The position numbers and the translations under genes were made by a program. Below are positions 12,402-24,800 of a stretch of DNA of 64,000 bases, one piece after another. Every line of letters begins with the position of its first letter. Position 1 is the stretch's first letter. This DNA comes from Camelus ferus (taxonomy: Eukaryota), in assembly GCF_009834535.1 (NCBI RefSeq), contig NC_045697.1, forward strand, positions 53,818,001 to 53,882,000, written 5' to 3'. The notes below the pieces were generated by a model. It was not told where the DNA came from and ran no database searches. It saw only the letters and a list, made by a program, of their open reading frames with translations.

Positions 12402-12621
12402 GTCATCCAAAAACCAAAGCTTTTATAACTCATGGTGGAGCCAACGGCATTTATGAGGCCATCTACCACGGGATCCCTATGGTGGGCATTCCTTTGTTTG
12501 CTGACCAACCCGATAACATCGCTCACATGACGGCCAAGGGGGCAGCTGCCAGACTGGACTTGGACACAATGTCAACAACAGATTTGCTCAATGCATTGAA
12601 GCAAGTCATTAATAATCCTTC
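12402..12621 (+). pseudogene. UGT2B: UGT2B copy A exon 5
   Basis: cctag|GTCATCCA ... AATCCTTC|gtgagt; 220 bp; [36 protein letters not shown] is the UGT signature. Confidence 0.93.
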
Positions 12622-13292
12622 GTGAGTACATATGTATATTTTTCTACTACATACTCTGTCTAGAGAAGTTCTCATAAGGAGGCCAGGGAGGTAGCAATGC
12701 ATCTTCACATAAACACAATGAGGAGTAAGAGTTGCACAGGGCTTTGAATAGTCCACAATCACCTACTGTGAGTGTCACGTTAAGTTTGTTTGCAATGGTT
12801 TTAGCAGAAAGCTTATTCAGAAATTTAAGGAAAATGGAGAAATTTTGAAAGAGCTCATCATTAGAATGAGAAGACTCACTGAAATGGTGAAAGAAGAATT
12901 AAGAGGAAGCATAAAGGACAAAGCTCAAGTAGGGAATCATGACGTTGTAAGAGTACTCATCCGCAGTTATGACTTTCTTTCAGCATGAGAACTCCTCAAA
13001 TATTTTAAGCTCTTCTAAGATGTCTATTTTCAGTAAACCACCATGACATACTCCATCTCAACTTCTCATTACATTTAGCAATTCCCAAGTTTTCTGTGCT
13101 AATATTTTGATCTTATCACTGATAAAAGGGAAACAACCAAAACTTTCTAATTTACCCAACTGCAACTATGTAGTCACTACTTAAAATCATAGGTATATTC
13201 TTAGTTCTTTTTGCTATAACTCTTTTTGACTATTTGGAAGAACTGAAATCAGAAAGTGACTTGGAAGAGATATGTTGGGATATTCCTGTTTT

Positions 13293-13489
13293 CTTTTAAT
13301 TAGTTGCATATTATTTTGAAAGGTTACTTTCCTTTAACAGTTATAAAACTTATTGGCTATTTTCCCATTGTTGCTCAAAACATATTTGAACACATATTGC
13401 ATCCAAAGTTTGTATCTCCTAGTCCACCACCCTTTTGTTTCCCCTCCCACTTCACTGGTGATGGATAGCTTCTTCTCTGTATCTCAAAG
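13293..13489 (-). mobile_element. Short antisense LINE-1 3' end between two direct repeats of about 170-200 bp
   Basis: T-rich start, then aaaggttactttcc ... ttggctattttcccattgttg ... cccctcccacttcactggt ... ttctctgtatctc (reverse-complement L1 3' UTR). Confidence 0.7.
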
Positions 13490-13853
13490 TCTGTGCTAAT
13501 ATTTTGATCCCATCCCTGATAAATGGAAGCAACTATATCTTTCTAATTTACCCAATTACAACTATTTAGAGACTACTTATGAATGTAGGTATATGCATAG
13601 ATATTTTGGTTATACTTCTATTTGTCTATTTGGAAAACATGTTTGGATATTCCTATTTCAAAGCGATCGTATTTGGTTTCCAAATCATTTGAGGATTTAC
13701 ATGAATTTCAGTAATATTATTACTATTATTATCACAACTACTGTATGTATTTTCTCCCTTTTGTTTCATAATGACTTTGAATAGAAAACTTTTTGTGAAT
13801 GTGTTCGTAATAATAGCAAAGTTGACATTTTGGCTTTAATAGCAGTGTTATTT

Positions 13854-15840
13854 TATTTTTTTAACTGACATAGTCGGTTTACAATGTAGTGTTAATTTAT
13901 GGTGTTTCATAGTGTTTCAGTTATTGTATGATGTACGTATGTATATGTATGCGTTTGTTTGTGTGTGTGTGTTTATATATATCCTTTTTCATAATTGTTC
14001 TCATTATAGGCTATTAGAAGTTAATAAATGTAGTTCCCTAAGCTATACAATAAGACCTTGTTGTTTATCTATTTTATACATAGTAGTTAATATCTGCAAA
14101 TTCCAAATCCTTGGTTTATCCTCCATTTCCAACCCACTCCCTCTAGTAAACTTAAGTTCAATTTCCATGTCTGTGTATTTGTTTGTGTTTTGTAGATGTG
14201 TCCATTTGTGTCAGTTTTTTTACATTCAACATATAAGTGATATCATATGGTATTTGTCTTTCTTTCTTCCATCCTGTCTTTATGACAATCTCCAGATCCA
14301 TACATGTTGCTGAAAATGGCATTATTTTATTCTTTTCTTTTTTATACCTGGGTATGATTCTATATATATACACCACAACTTCTTTATCCAATTATCTGTC
14401 CATGGACATTTAGATTGCTTCCATGTCTTTGTTACTGTAAATGGTGCTGCTATGAACACTGAGGTACATGAAGCTTTCAAATTAGAGTTTTCTCCAAATA
14501 TATACCCAGGAGTGAGATTGCTGGATCATATGGTAACTTTTGCTTTAGTTTTTTAAGGAATCTCCATACTGTTTTTCAAAATGGGTGCACCAAACTACAT
14601 TCTACCAACAGAGTAGGAGGGTTCCTTTTCTCCACATCCTCTTTACCATTTGTCCTTTGCAGACTTTTTAATGATGGCCATTCTAACCAGTGTGATATGA
14701 TACCTCATTGTAATTTTGATTTGAATTACTCTGATAATTACCTATACTGAGCATTTTTTATGTGCTCATTGGCAATTTATATGTCTTCATTGCAGAAATA
14801 TTTGTTTAGCTCTTCTGCTCATTTTTGAATTGAGTTGTTTGTTTTTTTGTTATTCAGTGGTATGAGCTGTTTGTATATTCTGGAAATTAAGCCCTTGTCA
14901 GTCGCATAATTTGAAAATATTTTCTCCCATTGTGTAGGTTGTCTTTTGGTTTTGTTTACAGTTTCCTTTATTGTGGAAAACCTTACAAGTTTCAGTAGGT
15001 ACCATTTGTTTATTTTTGCTTTTATTTCTATTGTCTTAGTAGACATGATTTCATAGGAGGAAACTGCTAAGATTTATGTCAGAGAATGTTTTCCCTATGT
15101 TTTCGTCTAGGGGGATTATAGTGACTTATGTTTAAGTCTTTAAGCTATTTTGAGTTTATTTTTGTGTATGGTGTGGGGTAATGTTACAACTTCACTGGTT
15201 TTGAATATCCAGCTTTCCCAGCACCACTTGCTGAACAGGCTGTATTTTCTCCATTTTATATTCTTGCCTACTTTGTCAAAGATTAATTGACTGTATGTAT
15301 GTATGTTTATTTCCGGGCTCTGTATTTTGATCGATTGATCCATATGTCTTATTTTGTGTGTCAGTACCACATTCTTTTGATTACGGTAACTTTGCAGTAC
15401 TGTCTGAAGTCTTAGAGGGTTATTTTTCCAACTTTGTTCTTTTTCTTCAATATCACTTTGGAAATTCTGGGTTGTTTGTGATTCCATATAAATGTTAGAA
15501 TTATTAATTCCAGTTCTGTGAAAAAAACATCCTGGGTAATTTGATTGGGACCCCATTAAATCAGTAGAATGCTTTGGTAGTGTGACCACTTTAACTACAT
15601 TAAATCTTCCAATCCAAGAGTATGGGATATCTTTGCATTTCTTTAAGTCATCTTTAATTTCCTTAATCAATGTTTAATACTTCTCTGCCTCTAAGTCTTT
15701 CACCTGCTTCGTCAGGTTTATTCATAAATATTTTATTTTTTTCTGACATGATTTTTGTGAAAATTTCCTTTTCTGATATTTCATAATTAGTGTGAAGAAA
15801 TGCAACAGATTTCTGTGTGTTAAACTTCTATCCTGCTACC
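13854..15840 (-). mobile_element. 5'-truncated LINE-1, about 2 kb, antisense, intron 5 of copy A
   Basis: ORF2 C-terminal peptides on the minus strand (KEIKDDLKKCKDIPYSWIGR, PEINIHTYSQLIFDK, WEKIFSNYATDKGLISRIY); TSD taatagcagtgttattt (13837-13853) / taaaaacagtgttattt (15841-15857). Confidence 0.92.
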
Positions 15841-16414
15841 TAAAAACAGTGTTATTTATTTAAATTTTAACACAACTATTGTCCTAACTGAACAGCATAA
15901 GCAGCACACTTTCTAATTTTAAAGAAATATATGATTCATTTGGCAGTTTAATGTAAAAGTGTAACTCTTGGAAAGATTATACCACTTTAAATTTTTAATA
16001 ATGTAAAGCTGGTGTCAAAAATGAAGATAATTTATTAGCTGCTAGATACAGAATGTTTGCTATATGCTACACATTGTATTAAGTCCTTTGCATATATTAA
16101 GTACCTTCTTCATGGTAGTGTTTCCCTATTGTATTACAAAAATGTCACATAAGTGTCTCCTCTGAAAAACCCAAGGCTCCTCCTGTGCTTTATACAGAAC
16201 ACAAAGAGATTTTACCTCCTTGTTATTGCTTCAGTGCCATGCTACTGCACTTCGTGATTTAGAGTTTGTGAGCCATATCTCTTTATTCCTCCCTTCCTCC
16301 TTGTCTGTTAGTCCATGGTCATTCCAACACTAGAGACAAATGCAACTGCAATGCCAGAAAGTGAAATGTTGAGCACTCGCCAGATTCTAAAATCACTCAC
16401 AAGAAAAACACCAC

Positions 16415-16628
16415 CAATACTAGCAAACGTTTACTAAGAGTCTGCTGTATGCCAGGAATACTTAAGAATTGATATACTATTCCTCCAAATAATCAGATCA
16501 GATACCATTCCTATCCATCCCATTTATCAATGAAAACCTAAGGAAAGAATAACACAGCAGACATCAAGGCAAATGTCAGAGTCAGGATTCAAAACAAGGC
16601 AATCACTTCCAAACTTTTAACCACCACT
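16415..16628 (-). mobile_element. MIR fragment (paralogue about 53135-53345)
   Basis: agcaaacgtttactaag..tatgccagg ... cccatttatcaatgaaaacctaagg ... caggattcaaaacaaggca, reverse-complement MIR core. Confidence 0.55.
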
Positions 16629-16787
16629 TCACTAATAGAAGATAAATACCAATTCATGCTAAATACCAACTGCTCACCAGCCCCGACTGGACATACCTCT
16701 GAATCTCAACATGGATTTTCCTCCTATCTCTGGATTATGATAGTATTTTAAAACTTGTCTAACAGGTCTATTAACAATTCCTTACTA

Positions 16788-17532
16788 AATGCAGTTTGGT
16801 GCAGCCATTGTGGAAAACAGTAAGGAGATTCCACAAAAGACTGAAAACAGACTTACCATATGATCCAGGAATCCTGCTCCTGGGCATATATCCAGAAGGA
16901 ACCTAATTCAAAGACACCTGCACCCCAGTGTTCACAGCAGCACTATTTACAATAGCTAAGACATGAAAACAACCTAAATGTCCATCAACAAATGACTGGA
17001 TAATGAAGTTATGGTATATTTGTACAGTGGAATACTACTCAGTCATAAAAAACGATTAGATAATGCCATTTGCAGCAACATGGATGGCCCTGGAGAGTGT
17101 CATTCTAAGTGAAGCAAGCCAGAAAGACAAAGAAAAATACCATATGTTATCATTTATATGTGGAAACTAAAAAAAAAAAAAAAGAAATGAATGTGTATAT
17201 ATAAAATAGAAACAAACTCACAGACATAGAATAAAGACTGGCGGTTGCCGGGGGGGAAGAGAGTGGGAAGAGATAAACTGGGAGTTCGAGATTGGCATAT
17301 ATTGACTGGTATATATAAAGTAGATAAATAACAAGCTTATACTATGTAGCACAGGGAAATATATTCAATATTCTGTGGTAGCTTATGGCAAAAAAGAATA
17401 TGAAAATGAATATATGTATATGCATGGATGGCTGAAGAATTATACTGTACATCAGAACTTGATACAACTTTGTAAACTGACTATACCTCAATATAAAAAA
17501 ATTTTTTGTTGTCATTATATACAAAGAAAAAA
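16788..17532 (+). mobile_element. 5'-truncated LINE-1, about 745 bp, specific to copy A
   Basis: L1 ORF2 end, 3' UTR and A tail; TSD aattccttacta (16776-16787) / aaatccttccta (17533-17544); empty site aattccttacta at 53494-53505 in copy B. Confidence 0.92.
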
Positions 17533-17858
17533 AAATCCTTCCTAGATAATACAAACTGTGAACACTCAAATCATGTATATCTTTTCTGTTCTTTTATTTC
17601 AACATCAGGACCTAACCCATTCCATTGTTTTCGCTACAAATACCTGTCCTCTCCTAATTTCTCTCTTTTCTCCATAGCTTGAAATTCTATGCATTCAACA
17701 AATTGTAGCACATAAGCTAGGATCTATAATCATCTCTGAGAAAAATAATCTATTTTTCTTCCATTCAATGTGGCACACATTTTTACCACGTGCATGAAAA
17801 TTCCACATATGTATCTTTTCTAGTTTATTCTAAAAATTAACGTCTGCTTTTCCTTCAG

Positions 17859-18138
17859 CTACAAGCAGAATGCTATGAGGTTATCAACCATTCAACACGA
17901 TCAACCTATAAAGCCCCTGGACCGAGCAGTCTTCTGGATCGAGTCTGTCATGCACCACAAAGGAGCCAAGCACCTGCGGCCAGCCGCTCACGACCTCACC
18001 TGGTACCAGTACCACTCTCTGGATGTGATTGGGTTCCTGCTGGCCTGTGTGGCAGCTGCTCTCTTTGTCATCACAAAATGCTGTCTGTTTTGCTGCCAGA
18101 AGTTTCCTATAGCAGGAAAGAAGGAAAAAAAGGAGTAA
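17859..18138 (+). pseudogene. UGT2B: UGT2B copy A exon 6 (coding part)
   Basis: ccttcag|CTACAAG; 280 bp to [43 protein letters not shown] ... TM helix ... GKKEKKE*. Confidence 0.93.
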
Positions 18139-18349
18139 CTCTATCTGAGGCCTGAAGCAGGAACACCCCATACATGGATCTGTTTCAGCTGATTCCAGCA
18201 AGAAGGAGTTATGATGAGGTTCCTGTTCTCCTGTGACAAAAGGACTTTTTACAATTTAGCATCAAAGATCAAAATTTGCTTTCAAGGGATTTTCTTCCTG
18301 CTTGAGAGTTAGAAATATGTTATGAAAAGAGAAAAGCTGCTGAAAATTA

Positions 18350-18361
18350 AATAAAAATAAA
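18350..18361 (+). terminator. Candidate polyadenylation signals (two AATAAA), copy A
   Basis: AATAAA at 18350-18355 and 18356-18361, about 210 bp after the stop; another at 18461-18466. Confidence 0.4.
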
Positions 18362-20744
18362 ACTATATAGGTATATATTGAAATTGATTAGTTTAATTCA
18401 AAATTTTACTAAAAAGAAATTATTGAATTTAACTGTCTTTCACAGGGTGTGCATATACATAATAAAATAACAAGTCTACTTATATTATCCATATTATTTT
18501 GAAGATAATCTGAAAATTGTAAATTTATTTTGTTCTGGAATTTTATTACGTTATCTTACCACAAAAAGTGTTCCAATAATTGGAATTGTGAAAAAGATTC
18601 ACCCTTCCATTTTATTTGTGAGACCACTAACACTTCTTGGTTTTTACTGTGTATCCAGCCTCAGAATCACTACTTATCTAAAGCCATGGCAAGTCATTTG
18701 CCTTCATCCAGTTTAACTCATGTCCCAGTGAAATGTCTCTGGAAGTAGGAATACAGCAACTGCTACCTGCTTCCTATTATAAAACTGAGCTATTTGTGAA
18801 AATCCTTGACTTAATTTTCTTTTTCTCCTTAATTTAAAAAATATTTACCTGATCTCTTTCACTCCCATATTCAGCTTTTGATAATGGATTTAAGTTTTCT
18901 ATTATATATTAAGAAAATACGTAACATGTACACCAAAGGGACTTACTGAATTTTCATTCTCTTCAAATGTACCTGGAAACATCTATATACCCTGTCTATA
19001 TCTATATATCTTTATATCTATATACATTTTTTCAAAACAATACAAAGCATCACTTAGCAGCTTGAAGATACGTTGTGAAATTCACTGTGTTTGTGGAACA
19101 CAGATTGAAATAATTACTATTATTTTATATAATGATACTTAACATCATGTGTGTCATTCTTTTGTCTCTTTCCTCATGAACCTATTTCCCCTTCCTTCCC
19201 ATAATACTTAAATGTAAATGTTTAATCTTTTGTCACAACAAAAATAATAACAGCATCATTTTCTTTAAACCTAGGCCCACTATGACTTACATAATCAGTA
19301 ACAATAGGCTGAATACAAAAATTACATAAATTTTTTGGAAAATAAGTAAATCAAAGGAAAGAAATCTGAAGGCTATCCTGAAAACGGCACATCAGGAAAG
19401 CCCTTTATGATCGACATGGTCCAGATGAGGAAAAGTCTACTTATCTTACTGGTCAAGAAGAGCATCATCCAAGTCATATGTCAGACATTCTTCAGCCTAA
19501 GGCATAGTTTATTTTAAAAATAACTTAAAACATGATGCTTAGGGAACTTTAGAAAACATTTACCACAGAATTTTTCATACAACTCTTTCAGATAAATAAA
19601 ACCTTTTGTAAAAAAAAAAATGGAATTAATACGGCACCATAGTAGATAATATTGTTAAATGATGCATCTAGGCTTAAATACTTTTCTTCAAATTGATTCT
19701 GCAACATGTGTAACACAAATAGGATTCATAGTCACTGTACAGTGATCACCACTACTTACCTTCAATAAAAAGTCAAACAGTCACAATGAAAATAGATGAA
19801 GCATATGAACAGGATTTTCCCAAAAGTGAAATTGCCAATGAGATACAAATGTTGACACAGGCCACTGGTGAATTGGGAAATGGGAACTGTCAATAAATTA
19901 TTTGTCTACAGATGATTTATGGAAAAAACAATCTGGGATCACTATTTTTTCTGGAAGTATACTGTGGAAATACTCTTGTAAATAAAATATAAACAGTGTT
20001 TGACAATTGCAACTCTACATCTAGGAATGCAGAAAAACTTGCGTATGTTCATTATTATATTCTGAATATTCCACTAGAACTTAAATGGCTATCCACTAGT
20101 AAACACACTTAACTACAACATAGGTATGGGTTATACAGCTATGAGAGGAAACGGATAGATTATGGGCCATGTTGTTGAATGCTCTCCATGTCACTTACTA
20201 AATAAAGAACACGTACAGAGATTACAAACAAAGAAAGTATGACATTCTCCTTTGGAAATAAAATTACATGTATGTAAATTTATAAACCACAGAAGAAATG
20301 CTCTTAAAGAATATACTGAATTCCCAATGATGAGAATTTAAATTTTTATTCTCTAGACATCATTATTTGACCTTTCACAATAATGTTTTCATTTCTTATT
20401 TACATGGTTTAAAAATTATTAGTGAAAATAACATATTCATTCAAGATATTAAGTTCTACAATTTTTGATATCTTGTTACCAATTTATTAGTTTCATTCAG
20501 AGCACTTGAAATGACTAGAAATCTGACATATGAAATATATCAAATTAGAGCTGTTTTTTAGTACACCAACTACACATTTTACATATTATAGATAAATATA
20601 TTACAACATATATTTGCAATTTCAATAGTTTTAAAAAACTTAACTCACAAAGATTTAATGATTGTGGTTTTAATGCCAATATTGAAGTAATTTTAAAATA
20701 GCTCAAGCACCTCTGCTGGCTTACTTCAAATACTTACATTTATA

Positions 20745-21416
20745 TTGTTTTTGAGATATGACAAAAATCTTTGATACCTCTCCCATCAAGAAATTTCCTC
20801 TCTTTTGAACTTTGGGAAGTCTTGTTGCTGGGAAGGGAAGGGTATAGCTCAGGTGGAGGGTGCATGCTTAGCATGCACAAGGTCCTGGGTTCAAATCCCA
20901 GTACTGCCATTAAAATAAATAAATAAACTTAATTACCTACCCTCCAAAAACTTTAAAAGAAAAATTTAAAAAGAAAATTTTGTTGCTGTCTCACAAATGT
21001 TCCAGTCTAACCTCCAATACTCAGTTACAAAATGCAACACATTGTCTATTTCTTTCTTTGTCTCACTCTCTGTCTCTCTCTCCCTCCGTAGCTCCATACT
21101 CAGCATGGAGCCCTGCACCACACCCAAACTCCCCGTCGTAAATGATCATTTGTGGAAAGTTCATAGATATGCCTAAGAAGTCCCAGAACTTTGACCTTCC
21201 AACAGATTGAGTCTTCTCAAACCAATCACCAGCTATGTCTACATAATTACAACCCCAGCCACAAGACTGTAACCACCTGAGAAACATCCTACAATAATCA
21301 CTTAGCTGAGCCTACACAACACCCACAACTGTAATAGATAAAAATAAAATGAGTACTGCTGTTCTAAATCCCTACTTTTAAGGGCATTTTTTTATGCAGC
21401 AATATACAACTGGAAA
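20745..21416 (+). mobile_element. MLT1-type MaLR LTR relic, interrupted by a SINE
   Basis: ctttgatacctctcccatcaaga near the 5' end; 3' end tgttctaaatccctacttttaaggg..tatgcagcaatatacaactggaa matches the MLT1 terminus. Confidence 0.6.
20830..20974 (+). mobile_element. tRNA-derived SINE, Vic-1-like (camelid)
   Basis: gggtaTAGCTCAGGTGG (A box) ... tgcttagcatgcacaaggtcctgGGTTCAAATCC (B box), tail aataaataaacttaattacct plus A-rich; TSD aagtcttgttgct (20817-20829) / aaattttgttgct (20975-20987). Confidence 0.88.
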
Positions 21417-21519
21417 AAAATTATACTTTTGCCATAATATTAAAATTTAAGATATAGCTTAATAATGGGAAATTATCAATGTTACATTTTGAAAAACTAC
21501 AACCCAAAAAGGGGATCCA

Positions 21520-21750
21520 TCGTATCAAAACGGTTAAGTGGTTACACTCTGTACTCAGGTAGCATGGATTTAAGTCTACAAAACTACCAGAGTTATGCGG
21601 GGTTGGGCATGTCACCTTCCTATGATTCAGCTGCACCATCAGTGAAATGCAGATAAAGTAATGGTATTAACCACTTCATGGAGTTGTTGAAAGTCTGATT
21701 ATACTAACCTTGTAAAGAACTAAATGTAGTTGGTGTATATAGTGAAATGT
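21520..21750 (+). mobile_element. MIR fragment
   Basis: ttgggcatgtcacc..catcagtgaaatgcagataa..cacttcatggagttgttg resembles the MIR core. Confidence 0.5.
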
Positions 21751-21898
21751 AATTTACATGCACTGTTCCCATTTAAATGCATAGAAATAATTTTAGTACT
21801 CATTTATGTAACATATTTTAGTGTGTCATATTTCAACTGTAAATGATTATAATAACAGCATTTTCTGTAAATATGTAGTTATAAAATTTAAGTTACAA

Positions 21899-24800
21899 GA
21901 TTGTGTCAAGATGACAGAGTAGGAGGACACACAGCTCACTTCACCCACAAACACATCAAAAATACATCTTCATGTGGAACAAATGTCACAGAAAACTACC
22001 TGTAAACATACAGAACTCCTACAAAAACAAAGCTACAAGAAAGAGTTCCACGTAAGTGGGTAGAATGGAAAAAAAGTAAAGGGTTGGGGCCTCTGCCCCT
22101 GTGAGGAATTTGAAAAGAAGAGAAGGCCCTCACAGGTGGAGCCTCTTCTGAGCTTGGAGAACTCACTATGGAGCACCAGACTGGGCATTCCAGCCCTGGT
22201 GTCCTATATGGAGGAAATAACCCCTTTGGATGCTGGGGAACTAATGAAACAAATAACAGGGCTAGACTATCCTATACTCCACTCTCAAAGAAAGTATACA
22301 TGTTGGCTTGCCAACAAACAGTAAGGACATTCTACAGTGGCAGATGCCTGCTTGCAATACTCTAGAATCTGAGTGGGCAAGCATCTCAGCCCAGTTCATT
22401 CCACACCACATCTTGGCTCTGGATCTGGGACAGCTGGACCCTGGAAAAAGACTCAGTCTAGCTATGCAGTGGAGGCATGGGCCTTGGGTGTGGTCTGGGG
22501 GGCAGGTTGGGGGAGGCTGCTGCGAATGTTGGTGCTGATTAGGTAGTGTTTCAAGATCCACAGGGACCAGTATGACACATCCCTCTAACATCTGGCCAAG
22601 TACTTTGGCCCCTCTTACTCCACAACACAGCCTTGCACTATTATCTGGTACAACCACAACAAGGTACAAGATACAAACTTGGGCTGCACCTGAGCAGAGC
22701 CAAAGATGCCTACACAGGTGGTATATCTGACTTCTCTGAACACAAAGGCTTCACATGCTTTAGCACTCCCCACCCTTGGGTTTAGGAATACTATCAATAA
22801 GAAAGGACCCTGATTGTGCTGGAATCTCCAAGCTTCTATTCCAACACCTGGGAAGAAGATACTACCCCTGACAAGGTGGTAACAGACATGGAGCAGAGAA
22901 ATAGTCATGCCTCACACTCTACACAGGTTTTAGACACTCCAACAGCAACAACCCCCCCATCAATATGATAATGGCCATCACAATCTGTTGAAAGATGTGG
23001 CTGACTAGCATTTCCAAACGAGTGCGCACACCAGAGACACGGGAAACATGTAGTCTACACAGGGACTCTCCCAGATAAAAACACCTCTTCAAGACCACAG
23101 TAGAGAAGTTTCTCCTAAATTCACGAAGACAGAGAACATTCACTGAAATGACAAAGCAGAAGTAACATCCCCAATTGAAAGAGTAAAAGAAATCCTCCTA
23201 AAGAATAAATAATGACACAGAAACACAAGTTTATCAGACCCTGAGTTCAAAAAGGACGTGATAAAAAACCTACATGAATTAAGAATACTAACAGATATAA
23301 ATACAGATTTTGATCAAGGAGAGGGGATTTATGATGATCAACTAATGAAAATAGATAATTCAATTTATGAGATAAAACTCACTGTAAAAGTGATGGATAG
23401 ATGATTACAAAATACAAAACAATGAATAAGTGATCTGGAAGATAAAATAATGGAAATCAGCCACTCAGGCTAGCAGACAGAAAAGATTTTTTTAAATAAA
23501 AGCAACATATGAGATACATATAATTGTATAAAACATGCCAACTTATATATAATAGAGATTTCAGAGAAAGAAGAGACAAAGAAGTGGATTAATGTATGTG
23601 AAGAAATTATGGATGGAAACTTGCCAAAACTAAAGAAAGAAACAGATACCAAGGTACAAGAAGCAGAAGGGTATGAAACAGTGAACCCAAAAAAGACACA
23701 CAAAAATACATATAATTAACATAGCAAAAGTTAATAATAAAGACAGAATGCAAAAGCACAAGAAAAAATAAGGAGTCATTTTGAAGGGATCACCCTAAAG
23801 TCTATCAGCTGATTCCTTAGCAAGAAATTTGCAGACCGTAAGGGAGAGGCATGTTATATACAAAGTCCTGAATGTGAAAATCCTGCAACCTAGGATACTT
23901 TGCTCAGTAATATTATCATTCAGAATAGAAGGAAAGATAAAGAATTTATGAGACATGTAAAAACTAAAACAATTCGGCAGTACTAAACCTACCCTAAAAG
24001 AAATGTTGAAGGGTCTTCCCTACATGAAAAAGAAGCAAAAATTTTTCTGAAGGGAAAATTCCAATAGCAAGAAAATACATAGTAATGACTGAGTATCACT
24101 TAAATACGCCAGTTCATAGAATACAAAGCAAACAAAAAATTGTAAAAGCAACTCAACTACAATAAACAGTAGATATACAAGCATGGTGATTAAAAAAAGG
24201 ACATAAATAACAAAATGTGGGAAAGAGGAATAGACAATAAAGACCTTTTAGAGTGTGACTGAACTTAAATAATTATCAGTTTAAAGCAAATAGACACATT
24301 TATGGGTCAACATAAATAAATCCCAAGGTAACCACCAATCAAAACCATACATACATTTTAAAAAGCTAAAAATTAAAGAACTCATGCATACTGTGAAACA
24401 AAATTATCAAACCACAAAAGGAAAGACAAAAAGAAGTGGTGAATGGAGAAGAACTAAAAAAGCAACTGAAAAACAAGGATAAAAACGGCAATAAGTACCT
24501 ACTTTTGAAATAATTACTCTAAATGCAATGAGCTAAATGCTCCAATCAAAAGTCTGGCTGAATGGATTGTAAAAAAAATACAAGAACTTACACTATGTGG
24601 CCTACAAGAGACGTATTTCAAGGCAAAAGACACACACAAATTTAAAACAAGGAGATGAAAAAAGGTATCTTATGCAAATGGAAACAACAAAGAAGTAAGG
24701 CTAGCAATACTCGTATCAGACAAAATAGACTTTTGAAAAAGGTCATAACAAAGGACAAACTGGTCATTATGCAATGATAAAGGAATTAATAAAAGAAGAA

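Larger units (their letters stand above)
795..18138 (+). pseudogene. UGT2B: UDP-glucuronosyltransferase 2B family pseudogene or null allele (copy A); join(795..1504,2108..2256,9123..9254,11218..11305,12402..12621,17859..18138)
   Basis: Six exons with GT-AG boundaries and UGT2B sizes (710 = 721-11, 149, 132, 88, 220, 280); the 11-bp deletion after 1025 relative to copy B gives TAA at 1029-1031; exons 2-6 are open. Confidence 0.9.

Noticed and set aside
17884..18201. Antisense ORFs over exon 6 (also 53857-54225)
   Set aside because: Reverse-strand shadows of the UGT coding exon, with no independent evidence
20830..20974. tRNA gene (also 35628-35747)
   Set aside because: A and B boxes are present, but an unrelated tail, A-rich end and TSDs identify them as SINEs
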